The position numbers and the translations under genes were made by a program. Below are positions 44,498 to 60,739 of a stretch of 64,000 nucleotides of DNA, piece after piece. Every line of letters starts with the position of its first letter. The first letter of the stretch is position 1. The stretch lies in assembly GCF_009914755.1 (NCBI RefSeq), contig NC_060933.1. One strand, written 5' to 3'. This stretch comes from the human T2T-CHM13v2.0 reference genome, Homo sapiens. Under the pieces are notes generated by a model. That model did not search any database. It was not told the origin of the DNA and saw only the letters and a program-made list of their open reading frames with translations.

Positions 44498-46926
44498 TTA
44501 AGGCAAATTGCCTCTTTGGGCAACAATGAAATTTTATAATTAAAAATCTTTCTTGAAGTGAGGTTGGTGAATGGGAAAAAAATTGGAAACCTGACTTTAG
44601 TTACTGCTCAGTTTCTATTATTGAATGATGCCCTATATGGTACCATGAGAAGTTAATTGGTTAGCTTTCCTATGTCACCATTTTCAATTTATTAAAAAAA
44701 AAAAGATTCTGAGAACAAAATAACAAAACAATACCCTAAACAATTATAATTACTCATGTATGCCTTTTGTCAGGATTATGTTTGGTCTATGAAGGGAAAG
44801 TAGGAGACTCATGGCTGTTTTTTTTTTTTTTTTAACAGTCCCATAAGTTAATAAAACAAATAAAAACTCAGAGTCCTCCTCCCACCCACCCACCTCAATT
44901 CCAAAGATAACAAGGTTGGGCAACCAGAGGCAGAATTAAGCACTGTTCAGTGTGTACACCAAGAGAAGACTTCATGTTGTGTTCAATCTAGCTGGCTAGG
45001 CAACCCTTCCATTAGCCTGTTCCTAATGTTTGCACTGAATGAGCCATTACGTTTTGAAAGCAACTCAAACTGAATTCAGTATTGATGCATTCACTTACCA
45101 ACTTTTCTGCCTCCGGCAGACCAGCCTTTTACTAATGGTGGTGTACAAATAGCCACTGGCTTCATCCTCACTCTCAATGAAGCCTTGTAATACTACTTCT
45201 GTTGCCATATCCCTTACATGTACAGGCTCCATTATAATTCTGTTCTTTGCGTCCATGCTCCAGAAGCATTTTCTAGATGATTGTTATTCATTAATGGAAA
45301 CCCTTTTGGTAGGGTCCCAGGTAAAAACCTGTGCAGGATTGAAGTGTATTCTGAGGTGCATTGTCTTATAGTAAGATATTAGCATCTTAACAAAGAGGAA
45401 GTATCCGTGCTGTTCTTCTGATTTGTAATGTTTTCACATATAGCACCTAGCTGGTATATCTTTTTACCTTTCCAGGGAAATTATTTGGTGGCTGAGAAAA
45501 CATTTGATTCAGAATTTAGGAAAAGAGGTTCTACCAATTCTTTTTACTGATATTATATTCTTTGTGATGAAAGCATATGCTCTAGAGTTAACCATTAAAT
45601 AACTTTAATGGTTCCAGTTTTACTAAGTCTTTGGGTTCTCAGGGTCTGGTATGTACTCAGTTCAACAATCATATACAACATGTAAACTGTAATGATTCCA
45701 ATGATGCCTTATTGCATCTAAAGAAACCCATAAATCAGATTCCACTATTAATATATATTAGCAGAGGGCTTTACCCAGAGGCACTGTTTTGTTTCCTTGG
45801 TATTGACACTGTAAGACCATGGGCCATTAACACCAATACAATTTCTATTTTAATGCTAATGGAAATGGAAGATTTAAAAATAAAATTTTAAAAATTTAAA
45901 ATAAACCTTTAATACACGAGGTCCCACAGCAATTAGAAAATGATTTCTTTAAGTGGTGTCCTTTTTAAGAGTTGCATTGGAACTTATGATATGAAAGATA
46001 TAAAAACATGGTAGTTGTACATATATTGAGAAGTTGCTCAAAATTTATATTGTCACTATTTTGAGCCATTTTTGGTGTAAGAGACTAAGAGTCCTCTTGC
46101 ATATTTTGGAGTGTATTTAGTTCATTTGAGTCTTGACTCTTAGGTGTAAAGTCTAGCTTATCCTTTTGCAGTATTCTGCATGTCTATTTTCTTTATTTGC
46201 GGTTATACAATTAGTAATGTGCAGTGAAAATATGGTTAGTGTGGGAATAGCTCAGATTAAAATTAGAAACTGGACTTGGCATGTATTCAGTTCACTGCCC
46301 AGGGTTAAAGTCCAGCGCCACAGAAAGTGGATCTTCACCTTTCTCTCCTGGTGTTTTAGCTTTACTGATGATTTGAAACCATAGCAGTTAATATGCTTTA
46401 GCCTTTGCTTTTACAGATGAGAAATGGATCTTATACTTATATCACCAGGTTTCAAAACTATTTACACTAAGTGGGATGGTTTACTACCTCAGGGGTAGTG
46501 CATTAAGCCTATTGCTCTTGAGAATCCATTTTCTCCACCAATTGATGGGACAGATATGACAAGCCTTTAAAGTTGAGTGGAAATTTTCTGTGGGGCGGGC
46601 TGTTGTATTAAATTGTTCCTTACCACTATCATGGATGTTGTAAAGACTTGTGAGTGGGTAGCCTATGGCGAGGAAAAGAGATATATTGTCTGCAGTAGGG
46701 AGGCTGTAAGGTCTAATATATAGGGAATAATTCTCTTCCTATCTGCTATTTCCCTCTCCTTCTTTAAATCATAGGTTGAGCCCATCCACTCCAAGGAGAT
46801 TTTCTTGATTAAACATCACTGAAAAGCATTAGTCAAGTTTCTTAATTGTATGTAATGCTGTGGGAGGTCTTTTTAAAAGCAGTTGTATAGAGTCACTTTA
46901 TATAATATATAAAAATATATAATACA

Positions 46927-46977
46927 CCGTAAGGACTATAGTTAATGAGAGTGTCATATTAACTGTAGTCCTTATGG
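46927..46977 (+). repeat. Inverted repeat, 20-bp stem (two G-U pairs), 11-nt loop
   Basis: CCGTAAGGACTATAGTTAAT / ATTAACTGTAGTCCTTATGG. Confidence 0.9.
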
Positions 46978-47512
46978 ACGTACACACACACACATATTTC
47001 CTAATTTGCACCAATGCCCTCTTATATTTAGATTTATCATATTTAAAAATTTAGATTTAGAATGTTAATGTTGGTTGTTGTTTGCAAGGCCTGAGATTAC
47101 CTAATTCGTATGGTAACCACCCCCCAATAATTCTTGGTTGAAACACCCAGTTGCCATTATGCTAATGAACGTTTATTTGTCTTATTTTTATTCATTTTAA
47201 AAAATCAACAGAATTATAATACTATAGTGACTAAGAAGAATGTTATGAGACATTAATATGTTATATCAAAAGCAGAAATATATTTTAAAAAATGTTTTGA
47301 AATGAAATAATCCATAACATAAAGAGCCTAGATTCTATTTTTAGGACATATTTAGAATGAAAAGTATTTGAAATAAGGAAGAAGTTTTCAGTAAAATTTA
47401 AATTACTAATCAGTAATGAAGTTTCCTTTATCTGCTGGAATTAGTTACATGCTCTAAATCATACTGTATTCTGGCTCAATTTTTCACTCATTGAACTTAC
47501 TTTACTTTTCAG

Positions 47513-47583
47513 AATGTCCTCATTTAAACTTTTTTTTAACAACTCATGGATTTGGTCTCTGAGTTACTTTACCTCTACTCAAG
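47513..47583 (+). other. Candidate 71-nt cassette (poison or alternative-start) exon
   Basis: Acceptor cttactttacttttcAG| and donor AAG|GTGAGT. Confidence 0.45.
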
Positions 47584-47664
47584 GTGAGTTATTTAATTCT
47601 CAGAAAATCAAATCAACACACTTAACCATGTTTGTGAAGATCAGAAGTTCTTTTCATATAAGAT

Positions 47665-47912
47665 AAATTTTATTGTGTGTGTTTAAGGTATACAGTGTGA
47701 TGTTATGAGATACATATAGTACACAGTAAAATGGTTACTGTAGTGAAACAAATTAACATGTACATCATTTCATATAGTTACCCATTTTCTCCCCTGTGGC
47801 AAGAGCAGCTATAATGATTTATTTTGCAAAAATTCTGAATACAGTACACTATTATTAACTATAGTCCTTATATTGTACATTAGGTATTTAGACTTGTTCA
47901 TTCTACATATCT
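47665..47912 (-). mobile_element. L1MA-type 3' end
   Basis: aattttattgtg..tttaaggtataca...attattaactatagtcc..tgtacattag. Confidence 0.8.
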
Positions 47913-49351
47913 GGGGTCAGGAAATCTTAAGGAAAATTTAATATGCTTTCTCCTCCAAGTATGTAAGAGACCAGAAGCAAAACATTAACAGTAACAATAG
48001 CAAGAAAGTTTGTGAAATCAAAAATAATCCTTGAGAATGCACATCCAGGCATGAAGCAGTTTTTATTTATCATAGACTGTGAGAGAAATAGCAACCGGTT
48101 TCATTTTTGTTGGTCCTGCTGCTGTTTCACAGATTTCAATGTGGCTTTTTACAATGCATTTCTGGGGAACAAAGTTCAGTATACTCTAAATGCAAACATA
48201 CGTTTCTGTATATAAAGCAAGTATTTTAATACATTATTATTACTTGAGCTAATAACAAATAGTCATCTGTCAATGAGCTAAAAAGGTACAAAGTTCACAG
48301 TAATTCTCAGATAGCTTAGTAATTACCCAGACAGCTTGTTGTTAGAAAAGCTGTTCAAATCTAGGATTATGAAATATACTGATGGCTATTTTACTCTCAT
48401 GGAGTTTCAAAAGATTGTTGGTACATTTGTCTATAATTACACACAAGTTCTCAGTCATTATTAATGAAATTTATATTCTAAGCCACAATTGTTACTACTT
48501 ATACATTTTACTGGCTTTTTCTTGCATCTCCCACCCACCAGCCCCTTGATGTTGATTGTTAAACCCCTACTAAGGATCCTTTTCTTCTCTTCCTCTTATC
48601 CCCACCTCCCATTTCTTAAAAAAAGAAAATAATTTTTTAGAATAGTATGGTGATTGTTTACATTTGTTTTTCAACAAATGATTACTGAATAAAGGCATTT
48701 ATTTGAGTTCTGGAAACTTCTAGAGGGAAGAAGTGGGTGATAGAGGTAATTAACTCTACAAAAAATAGAACCTTTAATGTATTTTCTTAATTTTCTAATT
48801 ATTGTTTCATTATATCATGCCCTTATGTCTTCCTGGTAACACATATATATGAACTTACCATAGCAGCTGTGGTAGGTAATGGACTCTTAAAAGTTATGTT
48901 TGGATATAACTAAGCAAATGTATATTTGTTCCCTTCTAATGAAATTACTTTTAACTGCCATCTTACAAAACAAACAAAAAACAGTCCCCAGTTTGTTTAA
49001 CTACATTATTTAATATACATTGTTAAATAATATATACATATATAAGACTTTAATATTAATTTTAAAAAATAGCTATTAGAATGAATTTTACTCTTAAGGT
49101 TTTATTTGCATTCTTAAAAATATGTAATTGGGTATATATACATTTAGCTTTTAAATTTCCTGATGTTTTTGGGGTTGTCTGTTGTTTAGTAATCATAAAA
49201 CTTTATTACATCTCCATTCTGATATTAAATCACCATTCATCCTGAAGTTAAATGTTTCAGTTATTTTTTTGTTCTTTTCACATTAAGGGAATGTGTTTTA
49301 TGTTGTGATGCAGTATGGAGATGACCAGAAGTAACAATAATTAAAGAAGCA

Positions 49352-49645
49352 GGCCGGTTCAGTGGTTCAGGCTTGTAATCCTAGCACTTTGGGGGCCAAG
49401 GTGGGCGGATCATGTGAGTCTAGGAGTTTGAGACCAGCCTGGGCAACATGGCGAAACTCCGTCTCTACAAAATGTTATCTGGGTGTGGTGGCGTGCACGC
49501 TGTAGTCCCAGCTACTCCGGAGGCTGAGGTGGGACGATTTCTTGAGCCCAGGGGGTCAAGGCTGTAGTGAGCCATGGTTGTGCCACTGCACTCCGGCCTG
49601 GGTAACAGAGCAAGACCCTGTCTCAAAACAAACAGACAAAACAAA
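49352..49645 (+). mobile_element. AluJ
   Basis: Diverged dimer. Confidence 0.92.
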
Positions 49646-50869
49646 CCTCTTATTTTAGGAAGGGTTTGTTGACTACTTAAGTGTGAACATTTTTTCTTCT
49701 CTAAAATATTGCATTATAGTACAATATAAATATAAAATAAGCATTATAGTGTAGACAACATTTTCTTTTCCTGGGCATGGATGTAATTACATGAAGACAT
49801 GTAGAGCAGATTCAGCATTAGCAGATAATTCTCTATTTTGAAAGGCATATAAGATCCAGTTTAAAGAATAAGATAAAAATGTCATGAGCTAGAATTTAGT
49901 GGTAATTTTCTATGTGTTTATAATATCTTTGATCCACAGAACTGAGTTTTCACATCCTTCTAAATCAGGGAAACTGTACTCTTTAAATTCAATTCTGTCT
50001 AATTTTTGGCACTTTATTTTCCAGGATATATATATATTCAGTGTATTTTTCTTGATTTCCTCTTGGGAGGTGAAGCCTCACAAATCAAGGGACTGCATTG
50101 TTTCAGCAATGCTTATTATTGTAATTATTAATTCAATTATTTTTATGACAGTAATAATAATTGTAGTAATAAATGCTACAAGATATTTGATGTTAAAGCA
50201 GTTATAATAAATAGACCATCAGATCTTAACAATTTGATGTTTGGTTTTTGCTTCAACTATGGACTCAGTGGTGCTTACTGATCTGATAGAGAGATGTTCC
50301 ACTTCAAAGAAACATCACAGATGTCTACTGAAAAGATAAGTAAGGGTGTGATGTCAACAAAAGAGGTTGTATATATCAATAATGAGCAAAAGCCAAATTA
50401 AGCCAGTCACAGATTCCTGTCTCAAATTGCTCATGGAATGAAATAGGGTATAAATAATTATTTAGAGTACCTCAGTGGTATATATTCTACTAAGAAACTC
50501 TTGGGAGTTCTTACACTGTAATGTTGGTTCAGAAAACAGTACTTTATTAATCTTATAACCCTAAATTCTATGCTTAGCAGTAAATTATTGTGCCAATAAA
50601 GAGTTTTTCTATTATTATACCTATTTAGTACCTTACTACATGGAAAACTCTGCTATTCCTCAACATAAACGAGCATTATCCCAACACCTCAGTGAAACAA
50701 ACTGGTTGGAATGGCTGCTGCTAGTGGAGAGAATTTCTCTATCCAGGAGAAGTTTTTTTTTTATAGCTTCATGGGATATTTACTAACTAAACATTTTAAT
50801 GTATAAGTTGTATTCTTTCTTTTACTTAAAGGTTTTAGGAGGAACACTAATCTGAGCGCTTGGAATTAA

Positions 50870-51169
50870 TTTTTTTTTTTTTTTTTTTTGAGACAGAGTT
50901 TCCTTCTTGTGGCCCGAGCTGGAGTGCAATGGCATGACCTCGGCTCACTGAAACCTCTACCTCCAGGTTCAAGCGATTCTCCTACCTCAGTGTCTCCAGT
51001 AACTGGGATTACAGGCGCCTGCCACCATGCCTGGCTAATTTTTGTATTTTTAGTAGAGACGGGATTTCACCATGTTGGCCAGGCTGATCTCGAACTCCTG
51101 ACGTCAGGTGATCCTCCCTCCTTGGCCCCCCAGTGTTGGGATTACAGGCATGAGCCACCGTGCTTGGCC
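50870..51169 (-). mobile_element. AluS (Sq/Sp-like)
   Basis: TSD TGGAATTAATTTTT (50861 / 51170). Confidence 0.95.
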
Positions 51170-51900
51170 TGGAATTAATTTTTATTTGAAGTTATTCTGT
51201 ATCTCCAGTGTTGGCATATGCTAGACATTCAATGAATATTTGTTGATTTAACTCTGTAGCTCCTTCTATTATGAACTAAATAAGATGCATTTGTATATAT
51301 TAACATTAGATTAATATGAACAATGAAATACCTTGCATATCCTTTTGATTTTGAAGTACTTCTCTGTTTTCATCCTGCCAAATTTTCTGCCGGGCTTCAG
51401 GCTGCCGAATTAGGCTGCCTTGTCTTCAGCAAAATTCCATTGGTGTATCTGTCTATATAAGACACAGCACTGTTTATTCTGGCAGATAAACGTGTCATTC
51501 TTATATTTTTCTTGCCTACAACTCTGGCTCCTTTTATTTTATGGAGCTTTGGGAATGACTGAGTAAAATTATTTCCTTCAAAAATTAGCATATGATTTCC
51601 AAGTATTTTGATATATTTGTTACCATAAATTTTTCCATTATTAACCAAAGACCATAAAATTACAAACACCTTTTCACATAAGAAAATGCTGTTCCTGATA
51701 AAGATTTTTTGCAGAAATTTCTCTCCCTTCTCTCATAATAAAATTAGTGATGTATGTTATCGTGTGATATGTTTTTTCACATTCCATCTTTTGTATTTGA
51801 AACTGGTAAATTCTCCAGCATTTCCCGTCATAGCTTGCATGTGTTCTTCACCTAGTTTTGTAAAAAGGTTTTTTCCTCTTAAATGTTTATATGAACATGT

Positions 51901-51908
<8 letters not shown>

Positions 51909-51949
<41 letters not shown>
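51909..51949. repeat. (CA)~20 microsatellite
   Basis: Directly visible. Confidence 0.97.
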
Positions 51950-51952
<3 letters not shown>

Positions 51953-52054
51953 TCTTAACTTTCTGAATCATTTATAAGTTGCAGACTTGGTATGGTTAAA
52001 ACTAAAAACTCCAGTGTATATTTCATTTTTTTGAGGTTAAGAAAATTTATTTTT

Positions 52055-52208
52055 GGCTAGGTGTGGTGGCTCATGCTTGTAATCCCAGCACTTTGGGAGG
52101 CTGAGGCAGGAGGATCACTTGAGCCTGGGTGAGTCCTGATTGTGCCACTGCACCCAGCCTAGGTAACAAGAATGAAATCCTATCTCAACAACAACAATAA
52201 CAGCAAAA
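52055..52208 (+). mobile_element. Alu monomer (FRAM-like or recombined)
   Basis: Alu 5' start fused to a right-arm end, with (CAA)n tail. Confidence 0.8.
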
Positions 52209-52237
52209 CTTATTTTTATTCCTAATTTTATAATAAT

Positions 52238-52476
52238 TTTGCATTTCAACTTTTATTTTAGATTCAGAGGGTACACGTGCAGGTTTGTGACACAGGTATA
52301 TTGCGTGATGCTGAGGTTTGGGGTTGATCTTGTCACCCAGGTAGTGAACACAGTACCCACTAGGTAGTTTTTCAGCCCCTGTCCCCACCCACCCCTCTCT
52401 AGTAGTCCCTAGTGTCTGTTGTTCCCATCTTTATGTTCATGTGTATATAATGTTTAGCTTCTACTTGTGAGAACAT
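52238..52476 (-). mobile_element. L1PA15/16-like 3' end
   Basis: caacttttattttagattcagagggtacacgtgcaggtttgt...gtgagaacat. Confidence 0.85.
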
Positions 52477-52478
52477 TA

Positions 52479-53113
<635 letters not shown>

Positions 53114-53216
53114 TAGAAGATACAATGATACTCTGTTTTATAACCATAACACAATTATTAAAATCAGGAATTTATTATCTATAGACCTTATTTCAGTGAT
53201 TTTTCCCACTAATGTC

Positions 53217-53852
<636 letters not shown>

Positions 53853-54699
53853 GACTACTCTCGTTTATTTTTTACACGTTTATTGAAGTGTAATAGACAT
53901 ACAATAAACTGTACTCATCTACCTCTAATTTTTAATATAACTGATGAGTAAAGTTAATGACCTTAGAGTGTAGTCTTATGAACTCTCTGTTTGAATTACC
54001 AGAACCTTATGAAATGTCAGGGCCATGTGCTAGCCTGGTTTGCTAGCAAAGTCAGTGTAGACTCTACATGTCGTAAAAGGTGAATAACTGGTGTAAAAGA
54101 AGAGCAGGCTTTCTGACTTTGGGGTCTTTATCTAGTCTGAGTGTTGAGCATCTTTGTTGTGATTTTATAGCTTCTTCATCTCTTGCTACATTTGCTGTCA
54201 TGAGTTTTCATGTCAGTAGCCTACTCTCAGATCAGTCTTGGGGATAACAAAAGTTACTAGAAATGGTGAAGACTAAATAGGTTATAGACTATATGTAGGT
54301 AATCAGTGGTAGGGTTTATAAATATAGAGTTTATTCAGTGTTAGATAGCTAAGAGTTATAAAGATTCTTAGGTCTATGCATTTCTTGGGAAAATTCATAA
54401 AGGAATTTCAAAGTTGGAAGAAATCTTAAGTGTCACAATCCAGAGCTTTTCAAGGTATATGAGCTATTGAGCCTCTTAGCTCTCTGGGCGGCTGGGCTCA
54501 TCCTGGGATGGCTAAGCCCTTGTGCTGGTCACCTGTGGCTGCAAGCATTCTTGTCTGTTTATCGTAGTGTGCTGTACAAAACCATTTTCTAGGGACACCG
54601 TGACATGAAGGGATTATAAGGAGACTGTCTTTGTCCAGCAACCCATTTCATGTTAAAATCTCCTTCTGTCCCATCTCTGCTAAATGATGATTTAGTGTA

Positions 54700-56470
<1,771 letters not shown>

Positions 56471-56473
56471 TAT

Positions 56474-56839
56474 TGTCTTAGTCTGTTTGTGCTACTGTAA
56501 AAAAATATCTGAGACCGGGTAATTTATAAAGAGTAAATTTCTTTTTCACAGTTCTGGAGGATGGGAGGTTCACGATCAAGATGCTGCCAGGTTCGGTGTC
56601 TGGTCAGGGCCAGGCTTCTGCTTCCAGGATGGCACCTTGCATGCTGTCTGTTCACATGGTGGAAGGGCAAAAAGGGGGCCTAGCTTGCTTTCTGCAGGCC
56701 TCTTATAAGAGCACTCAACCATTTGTGATGGCAGAGCCTGTGTGGCCTCATCACCTTCCAAAGCCTGTTAATACTGTTGCTTTGTGGATTAGGTTTCAGT
56801 ATGAATTCTGGAGAGGGCACATGTGTTCAAATCATGGCA
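56474..56839 (-). mobile_element. MSTC/MSTD-like MaLR solo LTR
   Basis: tgtcttagtctgtttgtgctactgtaa...ttcaaatcatggca. Confidence 0.85.
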
Positions 56840-57192
56840 GTCATATGGGGGGAAATTGCAGATCATATTAAGCTCAGTGTCTCATAAGTTATTGTGAGCA
56901 GTTTGACTTTTATTTAGAATGAGATGAGCATTCATGTAGCATTGAAGTAAAGATGTCAGGTTGATAGTTGGACACAGAGATTTGGAGTGCAGAAGAGATT
57001 GCTGTGCAGGAAATAATTCCCAAATCTAAGACCACCCATGGACATGGATGAGATCACTCACAGAAAGTTTTGAATAATTTGAGAGGAGAAGATATAAGAC
57101 AGACTCCTAGGGGACACCATAAACCTTTAAGTTATTAGAAATGGATTGCTAGTTTAATCAGTGGGGTAAACACATTTTAAGAAAGAAATATT

Positions 57193-57500
<308 letters not shown>

Positions 57501-57599
57501 GAAAATATTAACAGAAGGAGTGGTACAACGTAGAATAGGCGGCTATAGAAACTGATGTAGTTAGCTTTCCTAACAGGGAGGAAGCAAGTGTTGAGCATG

Positions 57600-57835
57600 A
57601 GCACTCTGGTAGAGGTTGGGACACTTGGTAAGGGCTCTGAATTCAGATTATGATTTGATTCTCAACCCTTAATACTTACAAGTGGCATAACCTGCGTAAG
57701 ATTCCTAACCCCTCTAACTTGTCTAAATTCACATTTCTAATCTAAAAGGCTAGTATGTAACCTACCTCATAGGGCTGTTGAGTAAATTTATGTATCAGTA
57801 CCTGGTTAGCCCTTAATAGATACTCTAGATTATTA
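57600..57835 (+). mobile_element. MIR SINE
   Basis: taacctacctcatagggctgttg core. Confidence 0.6.
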
Positions 57836-58545
57836 TTGTTAGAAACATGTTTTTTTTTTATTGTAGGTACATGATAGTTCATCAAACTTCTCTTATTAAA
57901 TATCCTTCAAGACCAGTGCTGTACTTGCCAGTCTAGTTTTTATTACTTTGGTTTCCCATGCACCTTGACACCAGGAAAGGAATAAAGTTTCCTGGGCAGG
58001 ATATATCAGTGTTTATGTTATCAAAAAGAGACATCTCTTTATAAATCAATACATTTTAACTCTAGTGTATACATCAGTTTTTAATTAATTGAGTTATTAA
58101 GTCTGTGAAATTTTGCTAATCTCTGGGTGAATGAATTAAGTCCACTTTTCATGTAGATAGATAGATAAACAGATAGATTGGATTATCTAGATTGATAGAT
58201 AGATAAAGTCCAGATAGGGATAAAGTCTACTTTCTAGACCTTCAAGACAAACTAGGAGATTCTGGATGGTGGTAAAAATCACTACATACATACAATTGTT
58301 AAAAATTAAAAAGTTTTCCTAAGGAGTGGTCTATGTGGGGAAACAATTTTTTTGTTGGTTTATGATTATATCATTTTTCTAGTATAAAATAGGACGTATA
58401 GTGTGAAAAATGTGGGACTGACAGCATCTAAAAAATTATTACTTGACAGAATCCAAACTGATACCCTTATTTTTCTTTCCGGTACTTTAAAGTTAGAGTT
58501 GATTCTCATTATTTATAGCAATTATGTTTCATAAAGTCTCTGTAA

Positions 58546-58833
58546 GGCTGAGTGCAGTGGCCCACCCCTGTAATCCCAACACGTTGGAAGGCTGAGGTGT
58601 GAGGATCACTTGAGCCCAGGAATTTGAGACCACCCTGGGGACTCTGTCTCTACAAAAAATTTAAAAAATTAGCCAGGTGTGGTGGCATGCGTTGGTGGTC
58701 TTAGCGAGGCAATAGGCTGAGATGGGAGAATCACTTGAGCCTGGGAGGTCAGGGCTTCAGTGAGTTATGATCATGCTACTGCACTCCAGCCTGAGCTATA
58801 GAGTGAGACCCAATCTCAAAATAAAATAAAAAA
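58546..58833 (+). mobile_element. AluJ
   Basis: Diverged dimer; TSD aaagtctctgtaa / acagtcactgtaa. Confidence 0.9.
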
Positions 58834-59112
58834 TACAGTCACTGTAAACACTAATTCAGTGTTTACAATGGGGTATTGTTTCTAGAAGAAATACAGGGTT
58901 AGGTTCCTGTGAGTCTCTGGTCACAATTTTTGTCAACCAATCATACATGACCTTGTTTTGTGTGTTTCTGTTTAAACACATCTTATTTAATATATATTGT
59001 TGATTCATTAACATTGAACTCTCAGCCAACAGCACTGTAACTCATGTCTTAACGAAGTTTATCTAACACATATTTTCTTTGTGGCACATCACAGCCTTCT
59101 TGTCCTTAGGAA

Positions 59113-59208
59113 CACCAGACAGCACTTACCGCTGTTCTTGAGTGCCATTTTAAACAGGGACACCAGACAGCACTTACCGCTGTTCTTGAGTGCCATTTTA
59201 AACAGGGA
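59113..59208. repeat. Perfect 48-bp tandem duplication
   Basis: caccagacagcacttaccgctgttcttgagtgccattttaaacaggga occurs twice. Confidence 0.97.
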
Positions 59209-59749
59209 AATCACCAACAAAAAGCACAAAATTACAAAAAACCTGGTACTAAATAGACTGCAAGAAGGATACCTGTTAACCATATAAGAGCTGAAACAAG
59301 AAAGCTGAGCGTCATTTTGTTCAACTTCAGCTGGGAATGTGGGTGTTGGGCAAATCAAATTTTTCACTGTTCCTTGCATATGCGTGACTGCAGATGACTG
59401 CAAAAGTGCCCTGAGGGTTGATTTTGGGGTTACAAATAAATTTTAGTGAGTAGGCAAATTTGTAAATATAGAGTGACTTTATTTTATTCTTGGGAAAAAA
59501 TCTTTTTTCTTTTTTGGGGAGATGTGATAAGATGAACATTTGATTAGTTATTGTAACATTATTTTCCATCTCAATGCTGATTTTTTTTTTTTTTTGCCAA
59601 ATAATCCTAAGGCTCCAGGTATTACCTTTGTAATCATTTGGTTATTTTTATAACTCAAATGCAGTTGTACTTCTGAGGATAGTCTAAGTTCTTTAAAAGT
59701 GTAAAGACAATTACCATCTCAATTAAACAGAAAACACGGAAGAAAGCAA

Positions 59750-60060
59750 ATAAACTGTAAAACTTAGAAGGCAAAATGGAATATCTGTGACCTCAGGGTG
59801 GGCGAAAGATTTCTTAAACAATATAAAAATCACAATCATAAAGGAAATATTCAGCTATATTAAAATTAAGAATTTCTGATCATCAATGTAAACCATAAGG
59901 AAGAAATGAAAGTACAAGCCATGACTGGAAGAAGACACTGCAATATAGATCACTGGTCAGGATGTTTAAAGAATTCCTATAAATTATTATGAAAAAGGCA
60001 ACCTGGTAGAAAAATGAACAAAAAACTTGAATGGGAAAGAAAAGAAAATTGAATGGTTAT
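59750..60060 (+). mobile_element. Old L1M ORF2 fragment
   Basis: tgtgacctcagggtgggc.aaagatttcttaaaca...tatattaaaattaagaatttctg. Confidence 0.65.
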
Positions 60061-60515
60061 TTTACCAAACATGAAGTCTAAATAATACAGTAAGTTCTGT
60101 TGTAATGCTTGTTTTGAAAATGTGAGGATTGTTCCAACATGATTGGTATATTAGGGAATAGTTTGGGCACAATGTGAATTTCATGTGATTTTGTCCTTAA
60201 GAAACACTAGATGAATGCAGAAAACTGCACTTGGCTGAACTGAGCCACATAGGAATATACAAAGTGCACACATCTCAAACATCTATTAGCTACCTGAAGT
60301 AGTTGATAATGTTCTACTAAGTCACCCCTCCCTACTCTTTTATAAAAATTTCTGTTTTCTCAGTGTTTGTTTCTCAAAGCAAGCACTCTGTTCTAACTTA
60401 TTATGACTCATGTTAGGTTAATATTTTATAATTCTCAAGGGGCTTACAATTTAAAGATAATTTTCTTCAAAAGAATGTATTTTATGTTGTAATATTAACC
60501 TTCTGGAGCAGGAAT

Positions 60516-60517
<2 letters not shown>

Positions 60518-60549
<32 letters not shown>
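60518..60549. repeat. (GT)16 microsatellite
   Basis: Directly visible. Confidence 0.97.
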
Positions 60550-60552
<3 letters not shown>

Positions 60553-60739
60553 GTGGAGCAATGGGTGAGAAGCTTTTTATTGTACCTAGAAAACCATACA
60601 TGTAAGCTTCTGTTCCCTATAAGGTCTGTCTTTTTACAGAATTTCATTCTGACTCTCCATGATTTCCACTTCTAAATGTCTTCTTGTGTTGAGTGGAACT
60701 TTTTGGCCAGTTTTCAGTGATTTCAGAGTCTAGTGGACT

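Larger units (their letters stand above)
58496..59475 (+). mobile_element. MER82 (TcMar-Tigger) fossil, interrupted by AluJ
   Basis: agttgattctcattatt start; gaaatacagggttaggttcctg; gattttggggttacaaataaattttag. Confidence 0.85.

Noticed and set aside
54440-54627. Possible hAT-type MITE; also possible Tigger-like piece at ~60087-60300
   Set aside because: Too degenerate to assign without a Dfam search.
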